Source: an uncultured Lachnospiraceae bacterium
GTDB taxonomy: Bacteria > Bacillota > Clostridia > Oscillospirales > CAG-272
NCBI GenBank assembly: GCA_964582375.1
Contig: CAZORL010000003.1
Location: forward strand, 15,289 to 79,288
Length of the DNA: 64,000 nt
Direction of reading: 5' to 3'
Part shown: piece after piece, positions 59,204 through 64,000 of the stretch
Numbering within the stretch: position 1 is the stretch's first letter
Layout of the letters: every line of letters begins with the position of its first letter
Notes under the pieces: generated by a model
What the model saw: the letters and a program-made list of their open reading frames with translations, nothing else
Databases searched by the model: none
What the model was told of the DNA's origin: nothing
Program-made: the position numbers and the translations under genes

Positions 59204-59221
59204 CTTATCACACCCTTATCT

Positions 59222-60391
59222 TTATTTTTTTAACTTATTTACGAAATCCTGCATCTTTTCAAGTGCGGTTTGAATATGCTTGACTGAATACGCATAAGAT
59301 ATTCGAGCATAGCCCTCGCCGCAATCACCGAACGCAGTTCCGGGGACTATAGCAACTCCATGCTCGTGAAGAAGTCGCATGCAAAATTCCTCGGATGGCA
59401 TATCAAACTCGCCTATGTGCGGGAAAACATAAAACGCACCTTGAGGTTCAAAAACATCAAGTCCGATATCGCGAAGTCCTTTGGTGATAAAAAGTCGTCT
59501 GCGATTGTATTCGGCTTTCATGTATTCAATATCGTCATCCGCATTCGTCATAGCCTCGATGCCCGCATACTGTGACGTGGTGGGGGCACACATTATCGCA
59601 TACTGATGCACCTTAAACATTTGCGAGGTGATCTCACGGGGTGCCAATGTGTATCCGAGTCGCCATCCCGTCATCGCAAATGCCTTCGAAAATCCGCTTG
59701 CGATTATCGTCCGCTCTCGCATGCCGTCGATCGACGCAATAGATGCATGCTTTTGTCCATAGGTAAGCTCAGCGTAGATCTCGTCCGACAATATCAAAAT
59801 GTTTGTATCTCGCAAGACGTCGGCAATGGCACATAGCTCGTCTTTGTCAAGGATCGAGCCTGTGGGATTGTTCGGAAAGGGAAGGACCAAAAGTTTTGTC
59901 TTGTCGGTTATAGCCGATCTCAGGCATTCGGGTGTTAATTTGAACCCGTTTTCGGCAGAAAGCGGCAGATATATCGGAACGCCGCCGGCAAGCGACACTA
60001 TCGGACCGTAGCAGACGAAGGATGGTACGGGAATTATGACCTCGTCCCCTTCGTTGATAACGGTTCGAATTGCAATGTCGATCGCCTCACTGCCGCCGAC
60101 GGTTACAAGAACCTCGTCCTTGGCATTGTAATCGAGGTCGAATCTGCGTTTCATATAGCCGCATATTGCCGATTTCAGATTAGGCAATCCCGCATTACCT
60201 GTGTAATAGGTTTTGCCTTGGCGGAGTGAATCGATTGCCGCCTCGCGAATGTGCCATGGCGTGACGAAATCGGGCTGACCGACAGTCAGAGAAGTAACAT
60301 CCTTGACCTCATCCAAAAGATCAAAAAATTTACGAATGCCCGAGGGCTTGATATTACATATCCTTTCGGATAAAACTTTACTGTAATCCAT
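59222..60391 (-). CDS. Class I/II PLP-dependent aminotransferase (AlaT/AspB-like)
   Basis: IKPSGIRKFFD, GQPDF, NPTG, and the PLP-lysine context SGFSKAFAMTGWRLGY. The adjacent Lrp-family regulator mirrors the B. subtilis alaR-alaT arrangement (recalled). Confidence 0.9.
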   Translation of the reverse strand: MDYSKVLSERICNIKPSGIRKFFDLLDEVKDVTSLTVGQPDFVTPWHIREAAIDSLRQGKTYYTGNAGLPNLKSAICGYMKRRFDLDYNAKDEVLVTVGGSEAIDIAIRTVINEGDEVIIPVPSFVCYGPIVSLAGGVPIYLPLSAENGFKLTPECLRSAITDKTKLLVLPFPNNPTGSILDKDELCAIADVLRDTNILILSDEIYAELTYGQKHASIASIDGMRERTIIASGFSKAFAMTGWRLGYTLAPREITSQMFKVHQYAIMCAPTTSQYAGIEAMTNADDDIEYMKAEYNRRRLFITKGLRDIGLDVFEPQGAFYVFPHIGEFDMPSEEFCMRLLHEHGVAIVPGTAFGDCGEGYARISYAYSVKHIQTALEKMQDFVNKLKK

Positions 60392-60412
60392 AATGTATTC
60401 CGTGTTTGCCCT

Positions 60413-60892
60413 TTATATCAGCAGATTGTTTCGCTCGTCAACCTCGGGAGCTTCGTATATTACGCCATGGTCTTTGTATTTCTTCAAAACGAAGTGCGTT
60501 GCGGTCGAGATCACGCCGTCGATGGTCGATAGCTTGGATGCGACAAAATGCGCGACCTCTCTGAGTGTTTTGCCCTCGATTATTACCTGAAGGTCGTAAC
60601 CGCCCGACATGAGCATGAGCGACTGTACTTCGGAATATCGATAGATCTTTTCGGCAACCGAGTCAAAACCGTGTTCCATCTCGGGCTGTACCTTAAGCTC
60701 AATCACCGCACTCACAAATTCGCGGTCGGTCCTGTCCCAATCTATGAGAGCTTGATATCCGACGATAACGCCGTCTTTTTCGTATTCTGCAATAGCACGC
60801 TTTATGTCGCCCTCATCACGCTCTGTCATTACGGCGATCTGCGCGGGTGTCAGGCGTGCATCATCTTCAAGCATTTTCAGTATCTGGTTCAT
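60413..60892 (-). CDS. Lrp/AsnC family transcriptional regulator
   Basis: N-terminal HTH (ILKMLEDDARLTPAQIAVMT) and a C-terminal RAM/AsnC_trans_reg domain; 159 aa. Confidence 0.9.
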   Translation of the reverse strand: MNQILKMLEDDARLTPAQIAVMTERDEGDIKRAIAEYEKDGVIVGYQALIDWDRTDREFVSAVIELKVQPEMEHGFDSVAEKIYRYSEVQSLMLMSGGYDLQVIIEGKTLREVAHFVASKLSTIDGVISTATHFVLKKYKDHGVIYEAPEVDERNNLLI

Positions 60893-60918
60893 CTTTGTTT
60901 CTCCCTTAAATCTGTTTG

Positions 60919-61734
60919 TTAGATCTTTTCAAATATGCGTTCTCTTTCGTAAGGAAAACATATAGTGTCAAATCCGCATTCTTTCAAAAGCTCCGCTGTT
61001 TTGTCAAAGTCCGAACCAATGTCCGCGGCCTTGTGTGCGTCAGAGCCGATCGAGATAAGCTTTCCGCCAAGCTCCTTGTACATCTTGATGATGCGCATGT
61101 CGGGAAGAGGACTTCCGACTCCCTGTCTGTACCCCGACGAGTTGACCTCGAGTATCACATCTTTGTCGATCACCTTTTTAAGTACCGTTTTAACGTGATC
61201 GTGGTCATACGTCATGTCGAATCTGCGTCCGATACGGTTCATGTAGCGAAGCGGATATGTAAGGTGCGTCAGGACATCGAATCCGCCGAGATCAAGAAGT
61301 TCGCATTCCTCTTCAAGATATGTCAGCCAATCTTTCTTAAACTCTCCCTCGTCCTTTTCGTGCATGTTTTGAAAAGCGAAATCGGGCTTTCCGCGCAGAC
61401 TGTGTATCGAGCCGAGTATCGTTTGATAGGGATATTTTTCGAGATTTTCCTTTGCAAGGTGCGGGTACTGATAATACTGTCCAAGCTCAACTCCAAAGGA
61501 CATTACTATCCTGTCACCGTATATTTCTTTTGCCTCGATAAACTCCTTGTATATCGTTTCGGGGTCGTATGGCATGTTGTATCCGTCGGGGATTGCGTTG
61601 ACATCGAAATGGTCGGTTATCGCTATGTGCGTAAGCCCTTTGGATATCGCCGACTCGCACATGTCTTTTATGCGTGTGCTGTGGTCGGCATCATACGAGT
61701 TGCTCGAGTGCGTGTGTGCGTCAAATGTGATCAT
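60919..61734 (-). CDS. PHP-family histidinol-phosphatase (HisJ family)
   Basis: MITFDAHTHSSNS...ITDHFD...GSIH...VLTHLTYP...GSDAH metal-ligand pattern. Start is ATG 61734 inside track ORF 60919..61755. Confidence 0.8.
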   Translation of the reverse strand: MITFDAHTHSSNSYDADHSTRIKDMCESAISKGLTHIAITDHFDVNAIPDGYNMPYDPETIYKEFIEAKEIYGDRIVMSFGVELGQYYQYPHLAKENLEKYPYQTILGSIHSLRGKPDFAFQNMHEKDEGEFKKDWLTYLEEECELLDLGGFDVLTHLTYPLRYMNRIGRRFDMTYDHDHVKTVLKKVIDKDVILEVNSSGYRQGVGSPLPDMRIIKMYKELGGKLISIGSDAHKAADIGSDFDKTAELLKECGFDTICFPYERERIFEKI

Positions 61735-61978
61735 GTTTTTGCATCTTCCTTTCAAATCTGTTTGTGCTTTTGAAAGATATATTCTGACCTTTGAAATGTA
61801 TCTGTCTAATCAGATGTAATTATAGCATAAATCTTTATAAAATACCATAGTTTTTTGAAAAAAATTTACGCATTTACAAAAAAACTATTGCATTTTTCAA
61901 AATGGTGTGCTAAAATTAGAGCAGACGAACGATTTTTTACCGTCTGATGAGATCTTTACCCTTTCGGAGGCAATTATT

Positions 61979-62737
61979 ATGTTGATCGGAGCACAACTCT
62001 ATACTCTTCGCGATTACTGCAAAGATGAAAACTCTTTTGCCCAAACGCTGGCAAAAGTATCGGATATCGGATATACCTCGGTTCAAGTGTCGGGGACATG
62101 CCCCTACTCGCCCGAGTGGCTGGCGTCCGAGCTTCAGAAAAACGGTCTGACCTGTGACCTGACACACATTCCTTTTGATAAATTGACAGCCGATCCCGAA
62201 AATGTCGTTTCTGACCACGAGATCTTCGGGTGCAAATATATCGGCATCGGCGGATATAACGGACTTTGCGAAATATCCGATCTTGACACGGTCGTCAACG
62301 CCGCCCAAAAGATCGCACCGACTCTTTCGGAGGCAGGATGCCTGTTTATGTATCACAACCATTTTACCGAGTTTATGAAAAACGAAAACGGCATCACGCG
62401 ACTTCTTGAGCTTGTCGAACACACGACTCCAAGCGAACTCGGTGTAACGCTTGACACTTATTGGACTCAGTACGGCGGAGCTGATATTTCTGATTATGTA
62501 AAAGCACTTAAGGGAAGGATCCCCTGCGTCCATTTCAAGGATATGAAGGTCTGCGGTCACGAGGTCAGAATGGCACCTGTAGGTGATGGCAATATAAATT
62601 TTGAAAAACTGCTGCCTCTTTTTGAGGACTCGGGAACAAAGTTTATTTTCGTCGAGCAAGATCTTTGCTATGATGAAGATCCTTTTGAATGCCTCAAGAG
62701 ATCGAGACAATATCTCAACTCGCTTGGACTGAGATGA
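61979..62737 (+). CDS. Sugar phosphate isomerase/epimerase (xylose isomerase-like TIM barrel)
   Basis: IGAQLYTLRD, YHNH, TLDTYW, HFKD, and FIFVEQD. ATG 61979 is preceded by GGAGG. Confidence 0.8.
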   Translation: MLIGAQLYTLRDYCKDENSFAQTLAKVSDIGYTSVQVSGTCPYSPEWLASELQKNGLTCDLTHIPFDKLTADPENVVSDHEIFGCKYIGIGGYNGLCEISDLDTVVNAAQKIAPTLSEAGCLFMYHNHFTEFMKNENGITRLLELVEHTTPSELGVTLDTYWTQYGGADISDYVKALKGRIPCVHFKDMKVCGHEVRMAPVGDGNINFEKLLPLFEDSGTKFIFVEQDLCYDEDPFECLKRSRQYLNSLGLR

Positions 62738-64000
62738 AAGACAGATCACTTTACGACGCCCTCTTTGATTATGCAAGCAGCGGCAGGATACCATTTCATA
62801 TGCCCGGGCATAAACGCAAAGAAAAATTTGCGGGATTTTTGCCGTACTCGATAGATATAACCGAAATAGACGGCTTTGATGACCTTCACGATCCGTCAGA
62901 GATACTTTTGTCGCTTGAGGACAGAATGTCAAAGCTTTGGAATGTCCCTTGTGTGATTCCGCTTGTGTGCGGCTCAACGGGCGGAATACTTGCAGGTATA
63001 CGGTCGCTTACAAGTTTTGGTGACACGATAATCCTCGACCGTCGCTGTCATAAATCGGTGCATAACGCAGTCGAACTTTGCGGACTCGAACCGCATTATA
63101 TAAGATCTGACTCGGATCTCGAGTTCGATATCCCACTGCCATTGTCACCCGACGATGTTGCAAAAGCTCTTAACGATACCCCGCACGCATCTCTCGTTGT
63201 CATTACATCGCCCACATATGAAGGAGTGATCGCCGACATACCGCGCATATCAGAGATCGTACACTCGCACGGAGCAAAGCTTCTTGTTGATCAGGCACAT
63301 GGTGCGCATCTTGATATATCGCCGTTCTTTGTCGGATCTGCGGCGAAATATGCGGATATTACGGTAATATCACTGCATAAGACTCTTCCGTCAATGACAC
63401 AGACTGCGGCACTCCTGCTTTCCGACTCGGTAGATGCATCGATCGTTGCCTCGAATGTGTCTCTTTTTGAGACGTCAAGCCCATCATACGTCCTGCTTGC
63501 ATCCATCGATCGATGTGTCGATCTGTTAGCATCCGACGGCAATAAAATGTTTGACGAGTACTTGAAAAGGCTTGACAAATTTTATTCGGACTGCCGAAAT
63601 CTTGAAAATCTTCGTTTGCTTGAAAAAGAACATCACGATAAAGGAAAAATCGTTATATCCTGCAAGGGCACAAATGTAGACGGTACGCAGCTTGCGCAAA
63701 TGCTTCGTGATGATTACAACATCGAACCCGAGATGGTCATGCCGACCTATGTGCTTGCAATGTCAACCGTTGCAGATGATGATGACGATCTTTCCGCTCT
63801 TTCGAGAGCACTTTGTGAGATAGATAAGATGATAAAATCGGTCAATTCGAGCGATAACTTAAACTTCAACGATATCATTTTTCCTCATCGTCTTTGCTCA
63901 CCTCACTCTGCCGCAAAGCTTGATGGTGAGTATGTCGATTATCATGACGCCACAGGCAGACTTTCTCTTGATTATGTGTACGCGTATCCGCCGGGCGCAC
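62734..64000 (+). CDS. Orn/Lys/Arg decarboxylase family protein (PLP-dependent), 3' end outside window
   Basis: Not in the ORF track because there is no stop inside the window. ATG 62734 overlaps the previous stop (ATGA). Translation: MKDRSLYDALFDYASSGRIPFHMPGHKR...ITSPTYEGV...LLVDQAHGAH...SLHKTLPSMTQ (SxHK PLP site). Confidence 0.85.
   Translation, partial: MKDRSLYDALFDYASSGRIPFHMPGHKRKEKFAGFLPYSIDITEIDGFDDLHDPSEILLSLEDRMSKLWNVPCVIPLVCGSTGGILAGIRSLTSFGDTIILDRRCHKSVHNAVELCGLEPHYIRSDSDLEFDIPLPLSPDDVAKALNDTPHASLVVITSPTYEGVIADIPRISEIVHSHGAKLLVDQAHGAHLDISPFFVGSAAKYADITVISLHKTLPSMTQTAALLLSDSVDASIVASNVSLFETSSPSYVLLASIDRCVDLLASDGNKMFDEYLKRLDKFYSDCRNLENLRLLEKEHHDKGKIVISCKGTNVDGTQLAQMLRDDYNIEPEMVMPTYVLAMSTVADDDDDLSALSRALCEIDKMIKSVNSSDNLNFNDIIFPHRLCSPHSAAKLDGEYVDYHDATGRLSLDYVYAYPPGA

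Noticed and set aside
60916-61773. A 285-aa plus-strand ORF lies antisense to the PHP histidinol-phosphatase gene.
   Set aside because: It has the same codon-on-codon register (phase 1 mod 3) as the real minus-strand gene, whose metal-binding motifs are clear. The antisense translation has no family resemblance.
61937-62977. A 346-aa minus-strand ORF spans the sugar isomerase gene and the start of the decarboxylase gene.
   Set aside because: It is in register with the plus-strand isomerase codons (phase 2 mod 3). The sequence is low in complexity and Arg/Cys/Ser-rich, and both sense genes have strong family motifs. This is a shadow ORF.

Overview
This is a 64-kb chromosomal segment from an endospore-forming Firmicute of class Clostridia. 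Supporting content includes spoIIIAD-AH, yqfC-yqfD and a ylbJ-like gene. A THF riboswitch closely resembles, from memory, the [Eubacterium] siraeum sequence, so an Oscillospiraceae/Ruminococcaceae origin is a plausible inference only. I call about 62 protein-coding genes, nearly all housekeeping.

Plus strand:
- spoIIIA operon tail and guaB
- FtsX-type ABC exporter and a DUF1836 protein
- GH2 glycosidase
- THF riboswitch with folT
- a TIM-barrel sugar isomerase, an LtaS-like protein, and a receiver-less Spo0A C-domain protein
- an rRNA methyltransferase
- a short, partly decayed polysaccharide cassette
- two paralogous amino-acid ABC importers flanking yerC-like, MFS, glnN (GS type III) and guaA, followed by an M20 amidohydrolase
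- an orphan Wzz/BY-kinase pair
- a topoisomerase IIA B-subunit gene followed by addB-addA

Minus strand:
- mgsA with a GtrA/GtrB/GT-C glycosylation module
- an acyltransferase-3 and a YdbT-like PH-domain protein
- mutS2, recO, era, ybeY, phoH, yqfD, yqfC
- an Lrp-family regulator with an aminotransferase
- a HisJ-type PHP phosphatase

I found no rRNA, tRNA, CRISPR array, transposase, integrase or phage genes. I found no convincing multi-gene novel system.

The items most worth follow-up:
- the stand-alone Spo0A effector-domain paralog
- the BY-kinase pair, in which the transmembrane modulator also carries a Tyr/Gly tail and the kinase ends in a poly-Asp/YD tail encoded by a hexanucleotide repeat
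- the A-subunit-less, divergent topo IIA B subunit apparently co-transcribed with addBA
- the promoter-plus-terminator leader upstream of glnN
- a small self-contained minus-strand transcription unit in the 24.9-25.2 kb gap

All family assignments come from reading the translations and recalling family motifs. No database search was run.
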